Shown here piece by piece: positions 1-8,905 of a DNA stretch of 36,898 nucleotides. This DNA is from Candidatus Fervidifonticultor quintus. GTDB lineage: Bacteria; Sysuimicrobiota; Sysuimicrobiia; Sysuimicrobiales; Humicultoraceae. A program made the position numbers and the translations under genes. The stretch lies in the NCBI GenBank assembly GCA_031459535.1, contig JAVKIJ010000024.1, positions 1 through 36,898 of the forward strand, in the 5' to 3' direction. Within the stretch, counting starts at the first letter, position 1, and the number at the start of each line of letters is the position of its first letter. The notes below the pieces were generated by a model, which worked only from the letters and a program-made list of their open reading frames with translations, did no database searches and was not told where the DNA came from.

Positions 1-289
1 GCTGGCGCAGTTGGGCGGCGATCCGCGCCGGGCCATGCGTCGGCCAGAGCAGCGCGTAGGCCACGACTTGGTGCTCCAGGGCTGGCGTGGCCTGCCGGGG
101 CCAGCGGGTCGGCCGCGTCGGGCGTGGGCGCAAGCCATCCGGCCCATAGCGGGTCAGTCGCCGGCGCCAGCGGTAGAACAGCGTCCGGGAGATCCCGAAC
201 TCGCGGCAGGCCTGGCTGACATTCCCCAGGGCGGCCGCGCGGTGCATGACGGCAAGGCGGTGGCGCAGTACACTGTCCTCGAGGGTCAT
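1..289 (-). CDS. IS481-family transposase, N-terminal part (runs off window edge)
   Basis: Not in ORF track. Manual translation from ATG at 289 gives MTLEDSVLRHRLAVMHRAAALGNVSQACREFGISRTLFYRWRRRLTRYGPDGLRPRPTRP...WPTHGPARIAAQLRQ. GNVSQACREFGISRTLFYRW is the typical N-terminal HTH of IS481-type transposases. Purine-rich RBS (GGGGAGGGGA) upstream. Confidence 0.85.
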   Translation of the reverse strand, partial: MTLEDSVLRHRLAVMHRAAALGNVSQACREFGISRTLFYRWRRRLTRYGPDGLRPRPTRPTRWPRQATPALEHQVVAYALLWPTHGPARIAAQLRQ

Positions 290-409
290 CTGCCCATCCC
301 CTCCCCAGGTCTTGCTGGTTGCAACACCTCGGTTGGAGCCTGGGCGATGGCCCTCCTGTCTTCACCAAGGGCAGCTCCTCAAGTGCAAACACTACGTCCA
401 AACAGGACA
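1..409 (-). mobile_element. Left end of IS481-like insertion sequence
   Basis: Transposase start preceded by about 120 nt of leader beginning 5'-TGTCCTGTTTGGACGTAGTGTTTGCACTT (409..381). A TGT terminus is typical of IS481/IS3 ends. A CTAG lies at 413-416. The exact boundary needs the right end, which is outside the window. Confidence 0.7.
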
Positions 410-412
410 CCA

Positions 413-1555
413 CTAGAGCTGAACGCTATCCAACTGCACGTAGCACACAGTCGACAGCTGGAGATCCTGGGTAGAGGCGATATCCCCGCAGACTAGGTCA
501 CGCACAATGACGCCGGCCACTGACCCCCACCGTAGTTTCTCTCGGAGCAGCCGACCGCGCACCAGGGCCCGCTCATGATAGATGGCGTACGCCCGGATCA
601 CCCGGCGAAGCGCCTCTTCCAGCGCCGCGACGTCTCCGGGCGCCACACAGATGCCGGCGTCCCCGACGATCCACGGCTGGTTACCCACGGTGGATGCGAT
701 GCAGGGTAGGCCCTTCATCAGCCCCTCAACGAGCGCAATGCCAAACGCCTCTTGGTGAGTGGGAATGACGAGCAGATCCGCCTGATCGTACAAGGCGTCC
801 ATATGCGTGTGCGGCACCCGCCCCACCGCCCGGACCCGAGGGGGCAACGGGCCTGAGGGTTCGCCACCAACCAAGAGCAGCTCGAGTTGTGGGTGATCTC
901 TGCGCACCCCGGCGAAGGCCCGCAGCAGTTCGGGCCCGCCCTTCAGCGCCCAGTTCGTCCCGACGAACAGCAGTCGCCGGCACGAGGAGCGTGCTACGGC
1001 TGGGCCGAGCGGCGCGTTGGGCCCGGCGCCCACGACGACCACCCGACCCTCTGGGATCCCGTATTGCCGCATGAGCACTGTCTTGGTGGTCGGACCCATC
1101 ACGTAGATCCGGTGCGCGCCGCACAAGAACGCCTCCTCACGCTGCAGCCATGCAGCGGAGAAACGTGAGGCAAACGGCCCGCCTGTTGCAGCGCCCTCGC
1201 GACCCACGCGGTCAGTGTAGATCCCATAGCGCAGCGTCCCTGGCAAGACGCACGCCGGCAGCGTCTGCGCGAAGAGCACAGGCTGCCCTAGAGCCAGCGC
1301 GCCTCCGCGGGTCAACGCCTGCTGACAGGCGGTCGACCAGGCAGCGGTCTTCGTCCACGGGACACCGCCGTTTCGGAGCGACTCCAGCACGGCGGCCCAG
1401 CGGGCCGGCATCCGCCTCGGCCCGCGCATGAGGCTTAGCAGGTCGCGGTCCACGAGTGCCACCCTCGCCCTAAGGGCCTCCCTGAGGGAAAGGGCGGACC
1501 CGGAAAATGTGCCGACACGCACATACGTGAGACCCCGGCTCTGCCCGGCGCGCAT
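413..1555 (-). CDS. Glycosyltransferase family 4 (GT-B)
   Basis: LLFVG..KG and EAFGIALVE (EX7E) motifs. Start moved to ATG 1555, just after the upstream stop at 1563. Confidence 0.88.
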   Translation of the reverse strand: MRAGQSRGLTYVRVGTFSGSALSLREALRARVALVDRDLLSLMRGPRRMPARWAAVLESLRNGGVPWTKTAAWSTACQQALTRGGALALGQPVLFAQTLPACVLPGTLRYGIYTDRVGREGAATGGPFASRFSAAWLQREEAFLCGAHRIYVMGPTTKTVLMRQYGIPEGRVVVVGAGPNAPLGPAVARSSCRRLLFVGTNWALKGGPELLRAFAGVRRDHPQLELLLVGGEPSGPLPPRVRAVGRVPHTHMDALYDQADLLVIPTHQEAFGIALVEGLMKGLPCIASTVGNQPWIVGDAGICVAPGDVAALEEALRRVIRAYAIYHERALVRGRLLREKLRWGSVAGVIVRDLVCGDIASTQDLQLSTVCYVQLDSVQL

Positions 1556-1562
1556 CGCCCCG

Positions 1563-2057
1563 TCAATCCTTCGCGCTCTGCACGCCCTCGGCAAGCGGAT
1601 GCCGTACTTGCCAGACCGCCGCCAGGCCGGCGAGTACCAGTCCATACGCCAGGCACGCGCCAAGCCACGCGGCGGAGTGCATCAGGTCACGCAGCGGCGG
1701 CCCAATGACGCTACCGATGGCGAACCGGCTGACGACCCACACCAGAACCGCGTAGAACACCCCGGTGACCAGTACGGCCGCCGTCGGAGCCCGAAGCTGG
1801 CTGGCTGCGTGCAGGATGCCACCGATCGCCCCCGCCGCAAGGTGCACACACAACCATGCCCAAGCCGGCCACGCAGCAGGCGCGTGCCGAGCCCCCAGCA
1901 GTGAGTTGGTCAGAAGCCAGCCCAGGTCCGACGAGGTGTCGGGCCGCAGCACCGATATCACGACCAGCATGAGGATAGCCGCAGCGATGCCAGCCACGGC
2001 ACCTATCCATAGCGGTAGAATGACGCCGCGGGTCGAGTACGGTGAGTCGCTAATCAT
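1563..2057 (-). CDS. Small integral membrane protein (about 4 TM), unknown function
   Basis: 164 aa with several hydrophobic segments, purine-rich upstream region, co-oriented and abutting the next gene. Confidence 0.7.
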   Translation of the reverse strand: MISDSPYSTRGVILPLWIGAVAGIAAAILMLVVISVLRPDTSSDLGWLLTNSLLGARHAPAAWPAWAWLCVHLAAGAIGGILHAASQLRAPTAAVLVTGVFYAVLVWVVSRFAIGSVIGPPLRDLMHSAAWLGACLAYGLVLAGLAAVWQVRHPLAEGVQSAKD

Positions 2058-2133
2058 GCCGCCATTCCCCTTGTTCGGAGGGCTTCGCCATAGACGGCGG
2101 AGGTGCTAGAAATGAGCGCGCGGTCCATCACAA

Positions 2134-3129
2134 TCAACAACCCCACCACGCCCGCAAGCGCCGAGCAAGCATGTCACCGTCCCAGTCCCGCACAGCAAAG
2201 CGGGGAAGCCGGTAGGCATCTGCCCCGCTCCGGACGGCGCGCGGCAGGACGGTACACGCACACACAAACCCGGCCTCCCGCGCGATGGCCACGCTGTCAC
2301 CGTCAAAGTCGTCGGTCGTACCGAACGGGTACGAAAAGGCCACGACAGGTCGGCCTAGCATGGCCTCCAGCGCTCGCTTGCTTCCAGCGACCTCAGCCCT
2401 CTGCACTGCTGGCGACAGACCGGACAACACTGGATGGGTGACAGTATGTGCGCCGACTTCAATCAGGTCGCCGTCAGCCAACCGCACGAGTTCATCGGCC
2501 GTGAGCACCCGATCGGCACCTAGCGTGGTGTCCGCCGGTACCTGGGCGCGGAGCTGGGCAAGGATCTCGCGTCGCCGTTCCGGGGAGGCGCGCCGCATAA
2601 GTCGGTCAAGTGCGGCTACCAGATGCCGACGCGCGCCGCCCGCGTCACCGTCGCCGTAGGTGGGGAGGCCAAACTCATGCACCTGCCCGTCGGTAACGAC
2701 TCGCACACGCTCGGGCAGCCGCGGTGCGCCGAACACGTGCCGCTCCAGTTCATCCCACCAGAAGCCTTCTGAGCTCCCCACAAGCCCGGACGTGACAAAG
2801 ACCGTGGCGGGCACCGCGTGCCTTTCGAGCAGCGGCTTCGCGACCCGGAGATTGTCCGCGTATCCGTCGTCGAAGGTTAGCGCCACCGCCTTGCGCGGCA
2901 CGCGGCCCTGTCGCAGTCTGGCGGCCAGCGCCCCCAACGAAATCGGATAGGCCAGGCGGCGGAGCACCTCGAGGTGCTCCAGAAACCGCGCTGAAGTCAC
3001 GGAGAGCTGATACCACGGTGAAGGTGTTTCGGCCACCCGGTGGTACAGCAAGATCAGCGCGCCAGGCGCCGTCCACGCCCGCCACGACCGGGTCAGGCGC
3101 CCTGCGGCCTCCCCCACCTTCAGGGTCAC
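2134..3129 (-). CDS. Polysaccharide deacetylase (CE4/NodB, IcaB-like with insertion)
   Basis: LLYHRV, TFDDGY, GAHTVTHP and FSYPFG motifs. GTG at 3129 overlaps the upstream stop (GTGA). Confidence 0.92.
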   Translation of the reverse strand: MTLKVGEAAGRLTRSWRAWTAPGALILLYHRVAETPSPWYQLSVTSARFLEHLEVLRRLAYPISLGALAARLRQGRVPRKAVALTFDDGYADNLRVAKPLLERHAVPATVFVTSGLVGSSEGFWWDELERHVFGAPRLPERVRVVTDGQVHEFGLPTYGDGDAGGARRHLVAALDRLMRRASPERRREILAQLRAQVPADTTLGADRVLTADELVRLADGDLIEVGAHTVTHPVLSGLSPAVQRAEVAGSKRALEAMLGRPVVAFSYPFGTTDDFDGDSVAIAREAGFVCACTVLPRAVRSGADAYRLPRFAVRDWDGDMLARRLRAWWGC

Positions 3130-3863
3130 GCCGGTCCGCCCGACTTCTCGGCCCGTACGCATATGACCAGTTCGTAGTCAGGATCTACGACGAGCAACTC
3201 GCCCTCGTTCAGCTCCTCCGCCGCGACGCCGTGCAGGAACCCCGTCGCAGCCAGGACGTTGCCGTACGCCCGCACGACCACCGCCTCGGCCGGGAATACC
3301 TCTTCAAAGACTCTCCGCGCGGACCGGCTTGTGAAGCGCCAGTACTCTCCCCACCGGTCCATGTCATACCGACTGATCTGACTGATGCCGGGCAACGTGG
3401 CCAACACCACACCGCCGGGCTTCAGCAACCGCTCCAGCGTCCGGACCGCTGCATGCACGTCGTAGATAAACTGCAGGGTCTGCGTCACGATGATGCAGTC
3501 GTACACCGCAACCGGTAGCCCGTCGGAGCGCGTGAGATCGCCGACCAGGGTTGCTCCTGGACTACTGGCATCGGCTGTGAGGACGTCTGAGTGTAGTACC
3601 TTGGTGCCACCAAATCGGACCGTGTAGGCGTTGTCGCCGATCTCCAGCACACGACCGCGCACGTCCGCCGCGTGCTCGGCTAGAAAGCGCTCTATGTAGA
3701 AGCGGTCGACAGGCTGACCCCGGTCAAACCCGAATGCCCGACTGACGGGTGTGGTTCGCCGCAGGCCTCCGAACTCCACCCGCCCCACGGCTGGACGCCG
3801 GTTGCGAATCCGTCTGTACGCCCTTAGAACGCGACGAGTCAGCGTACGTGCCAGCGCCCGCAT
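3126..3863 (-). CDS. Class I SAM-dependent methyltransferase-like protein
   Basis: FGFDRGQPVDRFYIE..GRVLEIG, YDCIIVTQTL, LLKPGGVVLAT and YWRFT motifs. GGAG upstream. Confidence 0.85.
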   Translation of the reverse strand: MRALARTLTRRVLRAYRRIRNRRPAVGRVEFGGLRRTTPVSRAFGFDRGQPVDRFYIERFLAEHAADVRGRVLEIGDNAYTVRFGGTKVLHSDVLTADASSPGATLVGDLTRSDGLPVAVYDCIIVTQTLQFIYDVHAAVRTLERLLKPGGVVLATLPGISQISRYDMDRWGEYWRFTSRSARRVFEEVFPAEAVVVRAYGNVLAATGFLHGVAAEELNEGELLVVDPDYELVICVRAEKSGGPA

Positions 3864-3896
3864 GCATCTCGCCTCATCTCCAACACCGTCAACGGG

Positions 3897-4886
3897 CTAC
3901 CCCCGCCCGGTCCTCTTTCGCGGACGCCATGCCCCTCTGGCGAAGGACCAGAACGTACGCAGGCCACCGTAGACCTCAACAGGAAGATGATCGCGCAATA
4001 CTTCCCGCAGACGCGCACCCGTGTTCGCCCTGTACGTCTCAACGCGCTCCGCCAGGACCTGGGTATGGGCCTGAAGCCGACCGGCCCGTACAAGGGGATG
4101 CCCCGGATGTTCCTCGATCAGGTACTCCGTGATGATTCGGAGAAACGCCAGCTCGCTCTGCATAGCTCGCCGGCGGGAGGCCGTCCAGCGCGTCAACGCC
4201 GACCGCGGATGTCGACGGTACCGTACCCACACGTGAGGGTGGACCGCTACCGGCCACCGCGCTGCGGCGTACCACCAGAGGAACTGGTCTTCGAACGGCG
4301 TGCGGTAGGCGGAAACCTCAAAGCGACCAACGCCGTCAAAGACCTCTCGGGCGACGAGCGCGCAGCTCGGGCAGGGACTTGTCCGGTACTTAGTGTCGAG
4401 AAAGACTTCCAGCAGTTCTCCAGCACCGAAGACGCGGGGTGCATCGGAAGGCATGTCCTGCACTGTCCCCCAGTGTCCGCCTCGAGATGTCGGAAACCAC
4501 TCCCGGGCCGGCCCGTAGCTTAGAGCCGCGCCGCGAGGACGCGCGTCCTCCCACAACCGTAGATGTCCTTCAAGATACCCTGGTTCCCAGACGTCGTCCT
4601 GGTCCAGCAATGCGACGACCCCGGCACGCGCGTGCCTGGCGCCCAGCACCCGGCTCGCCAGCTGCCCGCGGTTGGCATGTCCCGGATGTGTGAGGCACGT
4701 GACCTTCCCCGGGCAAGCCGCCCCGAAAGTGTCCGCGACGCGCATGCTGGCGTCGGTGGAGCCGTCATCAACCAGGATAAGTTCCCAGTCTTGGTACGTC
4801 TGAGCCAGCACGGACTGCAGGGTCTCCGCCAAGAACCTCTGGCCGTTAAATACCGGCACAATAACACTCACTCGAGGTGTTGACAC
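3897..4886 (-). CDS. Glycosyltransferase family 2
   Basis: VSVIVPVFN, LVDDGSTD, LDQDD (DXD) and ED motifs. Confidence 0.92.
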   Translation of the reverse strand: MSTPRVSVIVPVFNGQRFLAETLQSVLAQTYQDWELILVDDGSTDASMRVADTFGAACPGKVTCLTHPGHANRGQLASRVLGARHARAGVVALLDQDDVWEPGYLEGHLRLWEDARPRGAALSYGPAREWFPTSRGGHWGTVQDMPSDAPRVFGAGELLEVFLDTKYRTSPCPSCALVAREVFDGVGRFEVSAYRTPFEDQFLWWYAAARWPVAVHPHVWVRYRRHPRSALTRWTASRRRAMQSELAFLRIITEYLIEEHPGHPLVRAGRLQAHTQVLAERVETYRANTGARLREVLRDHLPVEVYGGLRTFWSFARGAWRPRKRTGRG

Positions 4887-4913
4887 TTGGTTCCCAGAGC
4901 TCGCAATAACCGG

Positions 4914-5246
4914 CTACCAGACGTGATGACCCAAAATCGGATTCCACTTCGCTGGCTCTCGTACCGGCTCCCAAGGATCCCGGTACTCTGGCTTCGCGGT
5001 TCGCCGGTCGACCGGCTTCACCACCCGGGCGCAGATGAGCACCGGATGGCACGGGTCGACGAACTCCAATTCGCGGCACGTCAACTCATCCGCCCGAAGG
5101 TTCAGCAGCGTCCCCACCTGGGTCAGCAGGTTGCCGAAGGCGCGAAGGGTATAGTCTGTCTCAGACAAGCCCACTTGATGGAACAGGTTCTGCACCTGAA
5201 TCGGGGTGAACCACCAGTGGGAGAACATCGGTTTCCCCGTACCCAT
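4914..5246 (-). pseudogene. N-terminally truncated methyltransferase remnant (distant homolog of the 3126..3863 C-terminus)
   Basis: HWWFT..RAFGNLL..ADELTCRELEFVDPCHPVLICARVVK aligns by eye with YWRFT..RAYGNVL..AEELNEGELLVVDPDYELVICVRAEK. The SAM-binding N-terminal half is missing. Confidence 0.65.
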
Positions 5247-5254
5247 GTCCGACA

Positions 5255-6514
5255 CTACACCACCGCTGCTTCGCTTCCGACGTGCTGTCCCGTAGGATCC
5301 CAACCGGCCGCCACACGCATGCCAAGCGCCGTGACCAGTTCCTGAATGTGGTCCCACCGGTACCGCTCCTCAAATAATGCCGCCGCCGCCTCGACCACGG
5401 CCCGCCGGACCTCGGGCTGGGTCAGGAGTGTGACGCAGCCCTCCGCGAACCTCTCGGCCCCGTCCGCCACGATCAGGTGACGCCCCGGTGTGACCTCGAG
5501 CCCCTCCGCCCCGATGGTGGTGGACACCACCGGGATCCGGTGCGCAAACGCCTCCAAGATCTTGATGCGCGTGCCGCTCGCGTAGCGCAGCGGCACGGCC
5601 ACCACGTCGGCCCGCGCCAGCTCGCACCGGATGTCGTCGACGAACCCGGTCACGACTACGCGCGGGGGGTCGTGCAATGGCCGGATTCGCGCGTCTGCGG
5701 GTCCCACCAGGCGAATCTGGGTGCCCGGCACGTCGCGCCGTACCAGCGGCCCGATGTGCTTCACGAGATAACGCGCGGCATCAGCATTCGGAGGATAGTG
5801 ATGGTACCCCGGAAACGTGAGTGTCGGCGGATCCCCCACGGTGACCCGCCCCACGGGCCGATCCTGGGGATCATATCCGTTGGGGACGACGACCGCATTG
5901 GGAGCGCCGAGACGTTGACGATCAAGCTCGCTGCAGACCGCCACAGCGGCAGCGGAGCGCGCGGCCGCTGCCTGTAGATGGCGCCACCGGGCGACATTCC
6001 TGGATCCTTGAAGCCGAGACAGGACCCGCGTGATGCGTGCTCCCGTGGACCGACCCCCTGAGAGCGACGACACTCCCAAGAATCCGGACAGCTTGTGATC
6101 TTCGAGGTCGTCCAGGTCGACGATCATCGGCGCCGCCACACACGGAGCCAGCGCCACGTAGCTCTCCAGCCGGCTCAACCACGCCAGATCGTAGTGACCA
6201 GCCGCCCACCCTCGGAAACCCGATCGCACCTCTCGGTAGTCGCGGCCCGCAAACGCGCTGGGCAACCTGCCGCCCACGAGCCAAGCGAGGCGCGCTGCGA
6301 GCGTGAAGCGTTGGACGGGCCTGGCCACTGCACGGGCACGGCGAACCGGCGTCCCAGGCGGCGGGACCAATGATTCGTGCTCGCGATCGTGGGTGAGGAC
6401 GAAGAGGTCCACGTGGCCCAGGCGCGCCAAACCTGCCAGGACGTTTGCCAGTCTCATGCGCGCCCCTGCGGTCTGTGGCCACGGAACGGTATGCGCCACC
6501 ATCAGAATTCGCAT
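5255..6514 (-). CDS. Glycosyltransferase family 4
   Basis: MRILMVAHTVPWP..GARMR start, VVPNG, PNADA and SGTRIKILEA..PVVST motifs. Confidence 0.9.
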   Translation of the reverse strand: MRILMVAHTVPWPQTAGARMRLANVLAGLARLGHVDLFVLTHDREHESLVPPPGTPVRRARAVARPVQRFTLAARLAWLVGGRLPSAFAGRDYREVRSGFRGWAAGHYDLAWLSRLESYVALAPCVAAPMIVDLDDLEDHKLSGFLGVSSLSGGRSTGARITRVLSRLQGSRNVARWRHLQAAAARSAAAVAVCSELDRQRLGAPNAVVVPNGYDPQDRPVGRVTVGDPPTLTFPGYHHYPPNADAARYLVKHIGPLVRRDVPGTQIRLVGPADARIRPLHDPPRVVVTGFVDDIRCELARADVVAVPLRYASGTRIKILEAFAHRIPVVSTTIGAEGLEVTPGRHLIVADGAERFAEGCVTLLTQPEVRRAVVEAAAALFEERYRWDHIQELVTALGMRVAAGWDPTGQHVGSEAAVV

Positions 6515-6550
6515 GGCCGCGGTCTGGCTATCAGGAATGGGATGCCCGCT

Positions 6551-8071
6551 CTATCGCCAGGCGCCGAGCCACAGGCCCAGGGCCGAACCCATAAGGGCGA
6601 TGACGACGGCGAGAACAAGCTGCCCGGCGTGACGCTTCCGGTAAACAACCGTACGGGCATCCCGCGCCGGAGCCTCAGGTGCCGACACCGGCTGTACCGA
6701 GGCCCCCTGCATCGGGGCATGCTGCGCCTGCGATTCTGTCGTCGGTGGCCCCAAGTCGCCAGCCTCCGTTCCAGATCGCCCCTGTGCTCCCTCGGTCGCG
6801 GCGACCACCTTCTTTCGCCGTCCGGGCGCGTGTCCGTTTAGGGCCCAGCGGACAGGGACCTCCAGCACCGGCGTGTCCTGTTCCCATCCCCAGGCCGTCC
6901 CTGCCTGGGACCTCCCCTCGGGTCGGACAATGGCAAAGGCCGCGACGGGCTGCCAGGGAACTTCTTCCCGATAGTCGGGCAGGCGCAGGACCTGTCCCCA
7001 CAACTGGTACGTCTTCGGCGCCAGCGGGGGTGCCTGAAACGTGCAGCGGATGATGCCCTCCCCGACCAAGGCCAGCGCCTTCACATGGCTGTTGGAGTGC
7101 GCCATCAGGATGGTCGTGTACGATTCGTCCACGACCTTCAACGCCAGCTCCAGAGGTAACTGGGCATCGCGCACGCGGTAGTACAGGTTGACGACGACGC
7201 GATCCCCCGGTCTGAACTCAAATTGCTCAACACCGGCGGTATCGGTCAACACGACCCGCTCCACGTCCAGAGCGCCCCGTCCCTCGATCCGGCCGCGCGC
7301 AGCCTCTATGAAGGCGCGGTCCACGACCTCACGATATCGCCTGATGACCTCGTGGCTGCGCCCGACATCCTGGATCTGTCCGCCGCCGATGAGCACGGTT
7401 CGCTGGGTGACCCGCTCGACAGCCGAGAGGTCGTGCGAGACGAAGACGATCGTCGTTCCAGCTCGCTGCAGCTCGCGAATTCGGTCCACACACTTCCGCT
7501 GGAAGGCCAGGTCGCCAACCGCCAGCACCTCGTCAATGAGCAGGATGTCTGGATCCAGGTGGGCGGCCACAGAGAAGCCTAGCCGGATCTTCATTCCCGA
7601 CGAGTAGCGTTTCACGGGCACGTCGAGGAACGGCTCCAGTTCCGAGAACGCTACAATCTGGTCGAATTTTTGCCTGATCTGCCAGCGTGAGAGGCCGAGG
7701 ATCGTGCCATACAAGAAGATGTTCTCGAATCCCGTCAGGTCCGGGTGCATGCCCGCGCCTACATCCACCATGGCGCCCACCCGCCCGCGCACCACAACCT
7801 CGCCTCGGGTGGGATACGTCACCCCGGCGACGATCTTCAACAGGGTGCTCTTGCCGGCGCCGTTGTTCCCAATAATGCCCAACGCCTCGCCCTCGGTCAC
7901 ATCCAGCGCTACATCGCGCAACGCCCAGAATGTCTTCCCCTCCTCGAGCCCGCCGGCGGTAGGCGTGCGCTGAACCCACTCCGCAACGGCGTGCCGAAGG
8001 GTTCGGGCCGTGCGGACTCTGTAGTGTTTCCACAAACCTCGACACGCTATGGCCGCCATCCGCTCACCCAC
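6551..8071 (-). CDS. wzt: Polysaccharide ABC exporter ATP-binding subunit with Wzt C-terminal domain and extra tail
   Basis: Walker A GNNGAGKST, signature YSSGM, Walker B ILLIDEVLAVGD, VSH. Start is GTG 8071 or ATG 8059. Confidence 0.93.
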   Translation of the reverse strand: MGERMAAIACRGLWKHYRVRTARTLRHAVAEWVQRTPTAGGLEEGKTFWALRDVALDVTEGEALGIIGNNGAGKSTLLKIVAGVTYPTRGEVVVRGRVGAMVDVGAGMHPDLTGFENIFLYGTILGLSRWQIRQKFDQIVAFSELEPFLDVPVKRYSSGMKIRLGFSVAAHLDPDILLIDEVLAVGDLAFQRKCVDRIRELQRAGTTIVFVSHDLSAVERVTQRTVLIGGGQIQDVGRSHEVIRRYREVVDRAFIEAARGRIEGRGALDVERVVLTDTAGVEQFEFRPGDRVVVNLYYRVRDAQLPLELALKVVDESYTTILMAHSNSHVKALALVGEGIIRCTFQAPPLAPKTYQLWGQVLRLPDYREEVPWQPVAAFAIVRPEGRSQAGTAWGWEQDTPVLEVPVRWALNGHAPGRRKKVVAATEGAQGRSGTEAGDLGPPTTESQAQHAPMQGASVQPVSAPEAPARDARTVVYRKRHAGQLVLAVVIALMGSALGLWLGAWR

Positions 8072-8072
8072 A

Positions 8073-8897
8073 TCAAATCACGTCGGCAAACCGCCGCTCC
8101 GCCCGCTTGAACACACGGTAACAGAAGACGAACACCGCCATCGCGCCGACGAGCAGCCCCACCATCACCTTCGGGTCGGGCACGGTCCGCCACAGCACCG
8201 CCTGCCGGTACGTGTCGATGATGATCGCCACCGGGTTGATGACCACGTAGTACGGCTGCAGCCACTCAGGAACGTCCCTCGTGGAATAGACGACCGGGCT
8301 GGCAAACATCCACACCTGCAGCATAAGGGGAACGAAGTACCGAACATCACGGAAGTAGGTATTGAACGCCGCGAAGAGCAGTGCCAGCCCACCCATGAAA
8401 ATGACAAAGATCACCAGCAGCGGCACCGCAAGGAGCGCAGTCCAGGAGACGGAGACGCCATAGTACGCCAGCAGCCCGGCGAAGATTGTCGAAGCCACGA
8501 GGAAGTCCACGCCCGAACCGAGGATAGGCACCCAGGGCAGAATCTCGCGGGGGAACGCTACCTTCGAGACGACGGACTGATGGCTGACGATGCTGGTCGT
8601 CGCCTGGCTCATAACCGTCGAGAAGTAGTTCCACAACAGCAGCCCCGAGTACGCAAAGACCGGATACGGCAGGCCCTGACTCGTCACCCGGCCCGACCGG
8701 CCCAAGAACACATTGAAGACCACCATGAGCAAGAGCGGAGGCAGCACGGCCCACAACACACCCAGCACCGTCTGCTTGTAACGCACTTTGAGGTCTCGTT
8801 GAACGAGGGCGAACAACAACTCCCGCCTCGTGAACGCGTCACGGAGCTGCGACCAGATGCGTGGGTGGTATTCGGGCGAATAGACAGCAATGGACAT
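8073..8897 (-). CDS. wzm: Polysaccharide ABC exporter permease
   Basis: RDLKVRYKQTVLGVLWA, SPVVY, NP and ERRFADVI motifs, multiple TM segments. ATG 8897 chosen. Confidence 0.93.
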   Translation of the reverse strand: MSIAVYSPEYHPRIWSQLRDAFTRRELLFALVQRDLKVRYKQTVLGVLWAVLPPLLLMVVFNVFLGRSGRVTSQGLPYPVFAYSGLLLWNYFSTVMSQATTSIVSHQSVVSKVAFPREILPWVPILGSGVDFLVASTIFAGLLAYYGVSVSWTALLAVPLLVIFVIFMGGLALLFAAFNTYFRDVRYFVPLMLQVWMFASPVVYSTRDVPEWLQPYYVVINPVAIIIDTYRQAVLWRTVPDPKVMVGLLVGAMAVFVFCYRVFKRAERRFADVI

Positions 8898-8905
8898 GGC
8901 CCGCC

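Noticed and set aside
11-496. 161-aa plus-strand ORF
   Set aside because: Antisense to the transposase start and IS end.
7955-7962. GGCGGTAG ops-like octamer (also at 21608-21615)
   Set aside because: On the plus strand, opposite to the operon's sense strand, and inside coding regions. Expected by chance at this GC content.
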